Part shown: one piece after another, positions 1 to 11,192 of the stretch
Numbering within the stretch: position 1 is the first letter of the stretch
Layout: each line of letters begins with the position of its first letter
Notes under the pieces: model-generated
Database searches by the model: none
What the model saw: only the letters and a program-made list of their open reading frames with translations
Told to the model about the DNA's origin: nothing
Program-made: the position numbers and the translations under genes
From: Dimorphilus gyrociliatus
Taxonomy: Eukaryota > Animalia > Annelida
DNA: 39,404 bases
Direction: 5' to 3'
Assembly: GCA_904063045.1 (NCBI GenBank)
Contig: CAJFCJ010000061.1
Location: 93,385 to 132,788 of the forward strand

Positions 1-3000
1 AATTTCATTGCAGACAAACTTATAAGTCATTAATACAATAAGACTATGCGATTGTTTTAATGATAGAACTATCTCTTCAAAATTATCATTTGATCTCTCA
101 TTATAGATTGATCTTTAGAAAAAAATGAATAAAATATAAAAATGGCATTATAATTTTCAAATCAAATATGCATATATACATACACAAGGATTTCTGATTC
201 TTCCAATTCTTCTTGTATCATTGTTGGAGTTACTTTATCAATGGTGTTTGTAGTTTCAAAATCATCTGAACAGTAAAGAATAGCCAGATTATTCCTAATG
301 GATGACTTCATTTTCTCAAGATCTCTTATTGAACTTTGGAGCTGAGAATCAAAGTCTTCACTATTTTCAGGCGGCAACATATCTGGAATGAAAGATATAT
401 AAATCATAATGATTCAATGATCAACTCATCATAATGATAGATTAATTGTTTTACTTTGAATTTGATTTAAGGATAATGTATGGAAATAATTGTAACACTG
501 CATGAATGGTACTTTAAAAGTTAAGGCCCTTTTGATTTTTGAAGACGGTAGCAGAGAGGGATTTGGTTGTCTAAGATAAACACATTCACTGCAAGGTAGG
601 TAGTAGTCATATTTTACCCCAACAAAAGATTCTGCAATTAAGTTTTCAAACACCTCATGAATAACAAATAACATATTTTCTGGTTGTGGTCCTCTGACTT
701 CAACTTGAACAGTTGAATTACTAAATTGAAAAATTATCAGTATTTTAGTGAAAGATTACAAAACTTTTTTGTTACAAACTCCTTTCTTCTAATAAATCCT
801 CTGTGTATATTCTTTTTTAAAAATGATCCATCCTTCCAAAATTTACCTTCATCACTGTATTGTTGGAGTCTCACCTGAGCTCTATTAAAGAGTCCAGATG
901 GAAGATAATAAAAAAAATAAGTCATTTTTGTTTGAAAATCTTGCTCAGTTAGAATATCTCCTTCCCAAATATTCTATTATTAATATTAACATTCAGAATT
1001 AGACAAATAAGAGTATTAAAAAAAATTGCTACTCACTTGAAAATCAATTGATGGAAGAAGACAGGGAATTAAATTTGCTGATTCTGATTTTAGAGGAAAT
1101 GATAGGTCAAATTCCTCAGTTAGTCTTAATAGCCAATTATGTAAATTTGAAGGATAAATGTGCTCTGGCCATACTTTATTGATATTATGATGTAATAATT
1201 TACCATTCTTGAATATGGAAAATTATTTCAGAGTTCAATCAAAGGCTATTAGTTTCACTCAAAAAAATCAGTCAAACTTACTTTTACTGAATTCTCATGA
1301 ACAGAAATCACACAGGACAAAACATCTACAATCCATTGAGGATTAATAATTACTTTATTCTTCAAATATTCATTTTCAAAATATTGTATTGTTCCCAAAT
1401 CATGAAACAAATGAATTACTTGAAGCACCTAAAAAAAAATAAGCAAGTGAAGCTAAAAGAAATAGATGATGGAGAGAGTATCACCTCATCTTTGTTACTA
1501 AGTCCAAACAGTCCTCCTAAATCTATTACTTCTTTTAATGAAAGAAGATTTGTAAAAGTTCTATATCTGTTGTAAAAACAAAACAAAAAACAAATGATAG
1601 AATTAGGTTAAAATTTAAAATTACGAAAAAATAATAAAGTGTGTTTTGATTTACTCAATAATTTTATTTTCAAAGTTCAACCATGTTTTAGGGATCTTTT
1701 CATTCATATATTGTTGTTGTAGAGTAACTTTGACCATGTTATCAACCAAATCATTGATACCCTTTGGTGAGGATATAGAATATGATAGTAAATAATGATA
1801 AATGATGAAATAATTATCCTTACTTGACCTGTCTTTGAAGAAATGTTATGAAAGCCTTTAATTTGAGGATATCTTCTTTGATAATGACGAATAGTTAACT
1901 CAGCTTTGTTAACCTAGAAAAGATGTCGTTGAATCAATTTTAATGGTAAAATGTAAGACTATACAATACTTGATCTATATGAGATCCAACAACAAATATT
2001 GGTGCTTTTGGAGCATGACATTCAATAGAACTCAGCCAAAATTCAAGACCAGCATGTTCATGACCCAATCGTACATTCCATAAGAGAAAATATACTGCTC
2101 TATTTGATAGGAAAAATTGATGAGTATTATAGTAAACAGTTTGACCAGCAAAATCCCAAATTGAATATTCGACTGATTGAACAGACCAGTTTTTTATTGT
2201 AATTCCATCAGTAACTATTGTTTTAATTGAATCTTGATTTTCATCCTCATTTTTCATTGTCATCATCTTTTTTATAAGACTGGTTTTTCCAGCTCCTCCT
2301 AATCCTACTAACATCAATTTACTTCTTCTACATTGAGTTGAACCTTGTGATAATCTTTTCATATATCCCATTGTATCATTTAGACCTTTTTTCACAATTT
2401 CTCTTGGAGGTGTTTTAAGTGCAGGGCAATCATTAATTTTTAGGTTTTTTAAAGGCAAATGACATATTTCAGCACTGATCTCTTCAAGTAAAAGATTAAA
2501 TGATAAATCTAAAGTTTGTAACTTAATTAAATATTTAATGCTATTATCAATAATTTTGAAACTTTGATATTTTAATTCTAAAACAGTTAAGTTTTCACAA
2601 ATTTCATTGTTTGGGCAAAGATTAAAATCTATAGCTGATATTCTGGGTAATTTAAAATATAATCCAGAAGAGAAGTGTTGAAATTCCTCTAATGTCCAAG
2701 CAGAACTATTTTGCAGTGCAGTTTCTTTTATTAAATTTTCTAATATATTTTTATCTAAACCAAAATTTTCCAGGTGTTCCCATTGTTTGTCAGCTTGATG
2801 CCTTACATCATCCGTTAGTATGGATGTATTGATTTTCTTTGGTGTATATCCAAAGGCATTGAATTTAAGTATAATAAGATGGGACAGTTGAAAGATGACT
2901 GAAGGAAATTCTTTAAAAACATTTTGAGATATGATCAACTCTTCTAAATTTATTAATTCACCAAATTCATCAGGAAGGGAATCAATTGGTAGAGAAGATA

Positions 3001-4340
3001 AATTTAAACATTGCAATTGTTTAAAGTCACAAAACATCTGTGGAAATGATTTTAGATCACATTCCGTAATTTGCAAATTGGCAATTGTGGGCGATAATAA
3101 GCTAAATTCTTGGGGAATATTTTCCAAATTAATACCCTGCAACTCTAACTTTACTATTGAGCTGTTAACAAATATTTCTATCTCTTCTTTTCCAACATTT
3201 TCAAACTTTTCATTCAAATGATTATGAAAGTTACAAATTGTAATTCCATTATCTTTGTTCTTGATAAATTTTTCACTTTTTAAGAAATCAATAAAGCATG
3301 TTTTCCATTTTGCAATTAAAGGTTTTGACAATTTGGTTTCATTCATATTATTATTTTCATATTTTAGTCGTAAATATGAAGAATATAATAACAATTGAGC
3401 ATTTTCGCAAGTACAGTATTCCTATTGTGGAGATAAAAGGTTAGCTTTTTCATTAAATTAAACTTTTTTTTATAAAATGAACTCTTACTGCTATTTTATC
3501 AAAGTTTATCCAACTGCAAAGCATTAAAGCTGATATACATTCCAGTTCTGGAATAAATTTTTGTGGTTCATTTGAAGTTTTTATAATGTGAGTAGAATTT
3601 AAATTTCTACAGAAAGCATAGGGTATGAAAGTTTTATTTTCAATTATTTCTGAGAGAAATGTCACAGATGTGTCTCTCAGTGGACACTTCATCAGGAAAC
3701 CAACTTTAACTGGAAAATCTTTCAATGGTTGGTGAAAATATCTTAGAAAATTGGCTTCCAGTTTCCTAAAAAAGTCTGAAGGAAAAAATAAAGGAAACAG
3801 GAAGGTTAACTACAATAATTATCAATTTTTATTATGTGTATACCTCCGTAATAATTTTCATTTCCTTTATGATGTTGAGTAACCAATTCAGAAAATTCTA
3901 TTTTATCCATATTTGGTTTGTGCAACTTCTTAACAACCTCTTGAGGGATTTGTTCAGTATCTAAATATTCCATTAACTCTTCCCAATTAAATTCTCTATT
4001 GTTTGTTTCTTTTGAAAATGAACGGAATAGTTATAATAGAACAAAAAGAAGAAGAAGAAGTGGAAGAGGAGGAAGAGGAGGAAAAAAGAAAAAATTGCAT
4101 CTTACCTATCCTGATATTTTCATAATTCTTTTTTAATAATAGTAAAGTCAATGATTGTAAGTTTATCCATTTATATTTCTGTTTAAGCCAACAGTGACTG
4201 ATTTTCAACATTTCTAATCTATGAGAAATGTCACAAATTGTAGCAATAGTTGGCTTCATACTTTTATCATCTGTTTCTGCCATAATTTGAAATTTTTGTC
4301 CAATTTTAATTTTATCACGTGATAATTTATAATTGTCTTT
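1..4340 (-). CDS. ROCO-family protein, LRR-Roc-COR-TIR-like part (multi-exon, 3' end beyond window edge)
   Basis: Large exon 1970-3420 has LRRs and Roc GTPase motifs: G1 GLGGAGKTS, G2 TDGI, G3 WDFAGQ, G4 GSHID. Downstream exons splice in frame at GT-AG sites: 1913-1824 (YPQIKGFHNISSKTG), 1761-1655 (YMNEKIPKTWL), COR motifs FHDLGTIQYF..KNKVIINPQWIVDV, LTEEFDLSF..LIPCLLP and YLPSGLFNRAQVRL, a CxxC segment, then a TIR-like segment at <1-390. Upstream exons 4340-4106, about 4011-3845 and about 3775-3490 also join in frame. Confidence 0.9.
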
Positions 4341-4503
4341 CTAAAACAGCAAAGAACTTTATGTTAGTTTTTTGAAAAGAATTTTAAGAGAGGAAATTAC
4401 AGTTACTGTAATGAAACTTTGAAAATATGAGTAAAACCTATCAAATTAACACTCCCTCCCCCACTTCTCCAATACCCAAAATAGGATAAAAAAACATACT
4501 TAC

Positions 4504-7390
4504 AGGAGCAAAAGTGAAATCAATATCACTATCCTGAGCCAAATCCTCTCTAGTTTGTATAACAAGTTGATAATTATCTTTTGGAACATTTATACAATCA
4601 GTAACAATGTTGTCAAGATATATTTTCATTTCAATTTCATCATTTTTAAAATGAAGCTGTTTTTTTCCATGATATTTAAATAATAATTGAATTTTTAAAA
4701 TTGATAAATCAGCAAAATACATTTTCCTTTGTATACTTTTGTTTTCATATTTCCAAATTATTTCATATTTATGATTTATAGTATCAAAAAGAAATTGTAA
4801 TTGATTCCTAAACAAAGAAGACAATAAATAATTTTCATGATTTATGACAAAAAGGAAATAGAAATAATAAGGATAAAATCTTACTTTTCAGATCTGAAAA
4901 ATAAAAAAAATATTGATTAGGATAAGAATTTTTTTTAAAAATGAAAAATTCTATAAATTCATTACATTAGTTGAATACTATTTGTTACATTACTTGGCTT
5001 TATCTTCAATGTATAGAAATGTATAGGATCCATTAATGTTTTACAAATGTATGTCTTTACTTGTGGATCTTCATCAAGATCATTACTTAATGTGCTTAAT
5101 GTTAGCATTTCTTCTGGTTTATGCTCTTCAGTAAAGTAAATCTCGTCAGCAGTTGTTGGATTATATTGCTTATGCATTATCCAAATTAAATGGGACCTCA
5201 ATGCATTTTTCTCAGTTAAAGCATCAATGGGTGTGTAAAAGATGTTAAAGTTATCAACTTGAAAGAAGGAAGGAAAGTAAGGATGAAGGGAAGATAGAAA
5301 TTTAAAAATTTATGATAACTAATTGAAAAATACAATAATATACAAACAGAATAATAGATTACTATCATCTTCAAAGTTTGCTTCATTACCCCAAGGTGTT
5401 TCTAGTTGTCTCTTTATAAAAAAATTAAATAGACAAAAGTTCAGATAAAGGAGAATTTTTTCAATGTAATTTTTGTCTGACCTCGTAAAATATTGATGAT
5501 TCATGGAGAGCAAATTCAATAATTACTGCAATTTCAATTAAAAATCCAGCTATTAATGCTGGAGCTTGTTTACATGCAAGTGTAGATGAGATAACTTTTA
5601 TAGTTTTAGAACTGCCCTCTTCCTTCTCTTCCTCCTCTTCATCATCAAATAGAATGCAAGTTTCTACAGGACCTCCTTGAAGAACAACTCTTCCCCTTCT
5701 CAGTTCAATTATAGAACCAAATGGATCTCCTATCTTGTACACCGAAGTAATTAAGTATAATACTAATCTGTGTAATTGATTCATGTATATTGGACTCTCT
5801 GGGTGGTACATCAGAACAGCTGAGACAGCTTCTTTTAAATTCTATAATTTGGAGAGAGAAGTGAGTTTTTTATGTTCACTGTTCTTCAAACTATTGAAAA
5901 CATACCAAAGAACTTTTGTAAGGAGTTTCTGGCTTGGGTAAACTTTGAGGGAAGACACAAGAATTTGGTGTTAAATCTAATACAATTCCCATTTGGCAGA
6001 ATATCATCTTATGAAAGTTAACATCTATTTTTGTCTAATAAAAGAAAAAAGGAGATGAAAATACAGAGTTTCTTCTAATAGGAAATGGTACCAAATGACT
6101 AGGTAATGTGGTCATAAATGCCTTTTCCATATTTCTACAGACTGGAGTGTCCTTAGTCAAGAAGTAGTATTGACCTTTAAGAGAACCTTGACACTGTTCA
6201 GAGGATGTTTGAAGTTGATGGAAAATGCTCATCAACCACTGTCCATTGACAATATAGTATTCCTTGTAGAAAATTGTCTTAATGAGTATAAATGTGCCCT
6301 GTTGATGGTAAATTATGAAAGCTAGATGGTTTAATGCAATTAGTTGTTTATAATTTACAATCTTTTCAATAAAATCCAGAGCTTTAAAGTAAGGAAACCT
6401 ATACATATTTAAAGAAACATCTTCAATGTCGCCATCATCTATTGAAATTTTTTTATATTCATATGTAAAGTTAAGTATTTCTTCACGAATTGATCTTGTA
6501 CCAAGAATTTCGTTGTTTTCTAAATGTTGAAATTATATAATTGATTGTATAAAACAAAACTGGTAGAATTAGATTATAATTACTTTTCAGGAATGAATCG
6601 ACTGGACAATGCTCAATAATTTGTTTAAGTGTTGTAAATCCTTTTCCTATTTTCTCTTCTTGCAACAGTGTTTTGATTTTCTGTTTTAACTTAAAAACTT
6701 CCGCACTTGTGGCCTATTTTGACAAAAGGAATTGCTGTTAATTAATAATGAAGAACGAAAATAGCAACACTATCAATCACCTTTTGGTAGGGAAAACTGG
6801 TAACCAAGACATTATTAGATCCACGAACGTAATCAGACAGTTTCTATTTTTTTTAATACAATGTATTTTATAATTGAAATCTCTTTAAAGAGGATTAATA
6901 TACACCTTTTGTCTATGATCATAGAAATTTAGTTTTGCAGATGTCTTGACTTCAATTAAGGATAAGTTCTCTTGCAGGGCTATATAATTATGCAAATTAA
7001 GTTGATCTTTGAAATTTAATTTTCTCAAATTATTCATTCTATAAACAAAGAAAATTAAAGAAATTAAAAAAAATTGAGTTAGAAGGTCAAGGTTAAGATT
7101 GGATGATGGTTTTGGAGATTTTGAAGTCTTTTTCCCTTTTGGTGGTTTTACCAGCCTATCATAAAACCTTAACCCTAACCTTATATATCGATTACTAGCT
7201 TGGTCAACTCAAACATCCTTTCCTTGTCTTGTGCTAGTGTTTCTTTTACCATTGTTAACACTTGCTCAGGTAGGGAAAGTTCTTTATTCGCATTGTCAGC
7301 AGTGGAACAATGAATTTTATAAGAGCCCTCACTTTCCCCATCTCCAATATAACAGAAATGAATAGAAGGGAAAATCTTAGGATGCAGGAA
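4504..7390 (-). CDS. Degenerate COR-like (possibly pseudo-Roc-COR) coding region, probably the 5' half of the same ROCO gene
   Basis: From about 7006 down, exons chain in frame through short GT-AG introns. YHQQGTFILIK..KEYYIVNGQWLMSIF parallels FHDLGTIQYF..KNKVIINPQWIVDVL, and MIFCQMGIVLDL..CVFPQSLP parallels LTEEFDLSF..LIPCLLP. A phase-0 donor at 4503 (CCT|gtaagt) can join a phase-0 acceptor at 4341 (ttttag|AAAGAC). The link between the 7390-7195 exon and the 7006 exon was not resolved. Confidence 0.65.
4885..4893 (-). other. Candidate 9-nt microexon ATCTGAAAA
   Basis: Flanked on the minus strand by ttttttatttttcag and gtaagat; phase 2 in and phase 2 out, between exons ending at 4966 and starting at 4807. 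Confidence 0.55.
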
Positions 7391-7893
7391 CTTGAAAATT
7401 AAAAAAGTTTACAAATATAAATGGGTATAAATACAATAATGGAAGAACAAAAAAAACAATATTATCCTTATTCTTTGTAATGACCTTTTGACCTTTTAGT
7501 TTCAAAACATAGAATAAAGACAGCTTATTTTGTGTAAAAATAAATCTGTAATACTTTTGTTATACAAAATTGAATAATTTTTTGAAAAATCACCAACTCT
7601 TCATCCATTTTAAAATCTTTATTAAATGGTACAATTACTGAACACCTGTTGAGAGTTATCAATGGTAGAAACTCCTATATTGTTGAAAAATGGATATCAT
7701 AATGAAAAACAGACAAAAATGAAAATTTTTACCTCAACACATTCATAAAAGTGAATACCATTCTCAAAATAATAACGAAAATGATGAGAAGAATTGAATT
7801 CCGTTTTTTTACTTTTAGCATAGTGGATAAAATCAAATCTAGGCCAGTTGTTATCATGAAATACTCCTTTATACATTGATTTAAAGTGGATGA

Positions 7894-8504
7894 NNNNNNN
7901 NNNNNNNNNNNNNNNNNNNNNNNNNNNNNNNNNNNNNNNNNNNNNNNNNNNNNNNNNNNNNNNNNNNNNNNNNNNNNNNNNNNNNNNNNNNNNNNNNNNN
8001 NNNNNNNNNNNNNNNNNNNNNNNNNNNNNNNNNNNNNNNNNNNNNNNNNNNNNNNNNNNNNNNNNNNNNNNNNNNNNNNNNNNNNNNNNNNNNNNNNNNN
8101 NNNNNNNNNNNNNNNNNNNNNNNNNNNNNNNNNNNNNNNNNNNNNNNNNNNNNNNNNNNNNNNNNNNNNNNNNNNNNNNNNNNNNNNNNNNNNNNNNNNN
8201 NNNNNNNNNNNNNNNNNNNNNNNNNNNNNNNNNNNNNNNNNNNNNNNNNNNNNNNNNNNNNNNNNNNNNNNNNNNNNNNNNNNNNNNNNNNNNNNNNNNN
8301 NNNNNNNNNNNNNNNNNNNNNNNNNNNNNNNNNNNNNNNNNNNNNNNNNNNNNNNNNNNNNNNNNNNNNNNNNNNNNNNNNNNNNNNNNNNNNNNNNNNN
8401 NNNNNNNNNNNNNNNNNNNNNNNNNNNNNNNNNNNNNNNNNNNNNNNNNNNNNNNNNNNNNNNNNNNNNNNNNNNNNNNNNNNNNNNNNNNNNNNNNNNN
8501 NNNN
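7894..8504. other. Assembly gap (run of N)
   Basis: 611 consecutive N characters. Confidence 1.
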
Positions 8505-9432
8505 TCGACCCAAATATCTCAATTTCGCATATAGTTATACCATTACCAGGATGTGGAATAGATTCTGTCTTGAATAGAGCTAGGTATCTACCAATTGTAT
8601 ATTTAGGACAACGTCTAGTCATGTAATAAGTAGCATCATTTATTGTATTACATAATATTTCCGGTTGCCAGGGAGGATTTGTAAATTGATTGTTTGATAT
8701 TATTATCTTTACACGACTTAGACGGACAACAGGATCTATTCTATTCACCAATGAAACAGCATATATTTCACTCTTTATTTCCAAGTCTATAGCCCACCAA
8801 CTTGGAACAATTGAACCTGTCCATGAACAGTGTGGAGCCTCCCATTTAGAGAAACTTTGCCCATCATTGGCACTATATTTAGTTTCGCCTGGTGATAATA
8901 TATTGAATTTATTCCTGTCAATATCTCGCATTGTCCATATTTCAATCTCGCATATAATTAATTTCTTATTGATTAATTCAAGTTTAACGGCTGCCAATTT
9001 TGAATATTGCGGTCCATTCAAACAATCAACAGTTAGTGATTGCATTGACCCAACTGAACCTCGATTGCACAGAGTAAAAGAGTTGATATTATTAGGGTCA
9101 GTATCATTGATACTAGTGAAAAATAAAACATTTGACATTGAATGACCTCTGGTATTTAAAATTCTGATTGTCCTTATAAAATAGCTGTTTGAAAATACAA
9201 CCATCCACCATTCATTTTCCATAGGGTTAATAGTAGAGCTAAAGCATACTGCTTGATTAAAACTTCCATCCAGTGCCAATTGTTTCCTTTTCAGGTTGCC
9301 ATCTTCACTAGATGAATAACAAACTTGATTTAAAGCGATGTTAACAGTTTGATGTGTATCAGTTGACAAAGTAGAACCAATGTTGATTTTTAGCAGGAAA
9401 AGGATAAAGATTAAATTTGACTTTAGAATCAT
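8505..9432 (-). CDS. Secreted protein with two tandem F-type lectin (FTP/F5-8C-like) domains; 3' end lost in the gap
   Basis: Signal peptide MILKSNLIFILFLLKINIG. Domain 1: NIALNQ..YSSS, ALDG, EWWMVVF, ICEIEIW. Domain 2: ANDG, HCSWT, SWWAIDL, NRIDPVVRL, GRYLAL, ICEIEIFG. No intron seen. Confidence 0.85.
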
Positions 9433-9796
9433 TCTAACCGAGATAAAATTTGTGAGTGTTGTTTGTCAAACTAGTGAATTTTTAAGATAATTCAGCTTTT
9501 TTTGTAATTTACATTAAAATAACAATATATCTTTCATTTATAGTTCATTTCTTTCCTATACAAAAAACATAACTAAATTACTAAGAAATGTCTTTCTATT
9601 GAATTCTCTATATAATTCAATTGCATTGTTTAATTGTTAATTTTCTAACAATTCCCTCTTTTTTCATGTAAAGATTAACCTTTTGAAATAAAAATTAATA
9701 ATTCATTAATGTTCTATGCTTAATAATATTTTGGTAGGTAAAATTGTCTATTTTTAGAATCAAAACTGGTAATTTTTTATTAACACACATGAGAAA

Positions 9797-10048
9797 ATGC
9801 CAGGAGGGTTCATTTCTCAGGTGGATAATACACCCTGAAATATGACAAATAAGACTAAAATATCATTATTTTACAATGACCACCATATTCTCTTGATCTG
9901 TCACCCATAGAAAATATGTGGCATTTGCCTTATCATGAATTATGGCAGAGAATTGAGAAAAATTGTTTTACAATTCAATAGAAAGAGAAAGGATAAGATG
10001 AAAAAGCTACATGAGTCTCTCGCTGACAAAGTAGGGTTACAATACTGA
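9797..10048 (+). mobile_element. Tc1/mariner transposase relic (C-terminal catalytic region)
   Basis: Translates to FISQVDNTP* and *PPYSLDLSPIENMWHL, matching Tc1 FQQDNAPxH and WPxxSPDLNPIENLW, with stops and frameshifts. Confidence 0.8.
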
Positions 10049-10198
10049 GAAAAAACCAGCTATAAATTAAATAAATAATAGGCTTGTTATTAATATTATT
10101 GTTCACAACAAACATGGTCAAGGGTTATCATATTATACAACAGTGATTTAAACAACAACTTTGCGTATGTAAACTCTCAAGGATATCATATTTGATAT

Positions 10199-11192
10199 CA
10201 TCGTTATCTCCAAAAATGTGATATTGTCTGATTAGATATTCTTAACAAAAATGAAGTATAAAACTGAAGCGTCCTCATACTTTCACAGATGTTCAAATTT
10301 TATATTGCAATGGCAGCCAGAGCTTTGTGAGATCTTTTTGTTTATCTGCTTAAGTGATTTTAATTTCATATTTCATCTTTTTTTTTATAGAAATACAAAT
10401 AAATTAGAAAATTTTTCAACAAAAACTGAATTGGAAACTTTTAATAAACTAAAAACTTTTTTGCAATGCAAAATTTGTTATCATAAACTTGCTAATACAA
10501 TAACACTGCCATGCAGTCATGTACTTTGCTGCAAAGAGTGTTTATTAGCCCTTCCAAGGCCTGAATGCCCTTCTTGTAGGGCTTTTATTAGAGGTTATTC
10601 ACTAATCAAGTCAGATTTGGATAATTTAAAATTGGATTTTGAAAATGATGAATTATGATAGAGAGAATTTGATAATTTTGGCAAACTGGAATGAAAGAAA
10701 AGCCTTTTAGTACTGTACAGCTTTGGATATATTTAACATGCTTGAACTCTATTATTTTATGCAACTTATACATTTACCTCTTAAAACCTATGAAAGAAAA
10801 TGCTATAACATTGACCAAACACATGTCTGATTGGACAGCTTGAAGGTTCATCCTTAATTACCAGTTAAGGTTTGGCCAAGTTATAATTGAATTAACCTTC
10901 CTAAATGTTGAACTTTGTAACATCCTGTTACTGAACATAAATATGGTACAACATTGGCCAACACAGGTTTTGGGAGAACATTTTTCAGCTAAATCCTTTA
11001 GAGCCTTAAAAATTTAACATAATCACATATCAGTAAATATATTTATGAAATATAACCTTTGCAGGTTGCTTTTAGCATCATTATCTCCAAGTGTGATATT
11101 ATCTGATTAAATATTCTTAAAAAAATGAAGTATAAAACTTCCTAAATAGACTTTACAATTTCATAGATGTTCAAATGTTATATTTCAATGGT
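10199..11192 (+). repeat. Direct repeat pair, about 10199-10312 and about 11078-11192
   Basis: Both copies share ttatctccaa..tgtgatatt.tctgatta.atattcttaa.aaaaatgaagtataaaact and ttca.agatgttcaaat.ttatatt.caatgg; the second copy duplicates the RING gene 5' region and first coding exon. Confidence 0.85.
10289..10658 (+). CDS. Small C3HC4 RING-finger protein (IAP/MDM2-like RING spacing)
   Basis: Exon 10289-10326 (MFKFYIAMAARA, donor gtgaga) splices in phase 2 to 10391-10658, which encodes CKICYHKLANTITLPCSHVLCCKECLLALPRPECPSCR. Further 5' exons are not excluded. Confidence 0.75.

Noticed and set aside
1297-1575. Plus-strand 92-aa ORF
   Set aside because: Antisense to ROCO COR exons and introns; no motif.
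2931-3221. Plus-strand 96-aa ORF
   Set aside because: Antisense shadow of the LRR exon.
7729-9432. 567-aa ORF and three other X-rich ORFs spanning the gap
   Set aside because: Artefacts of translating N; only the 8505-9432 part is supported as one reading frame.
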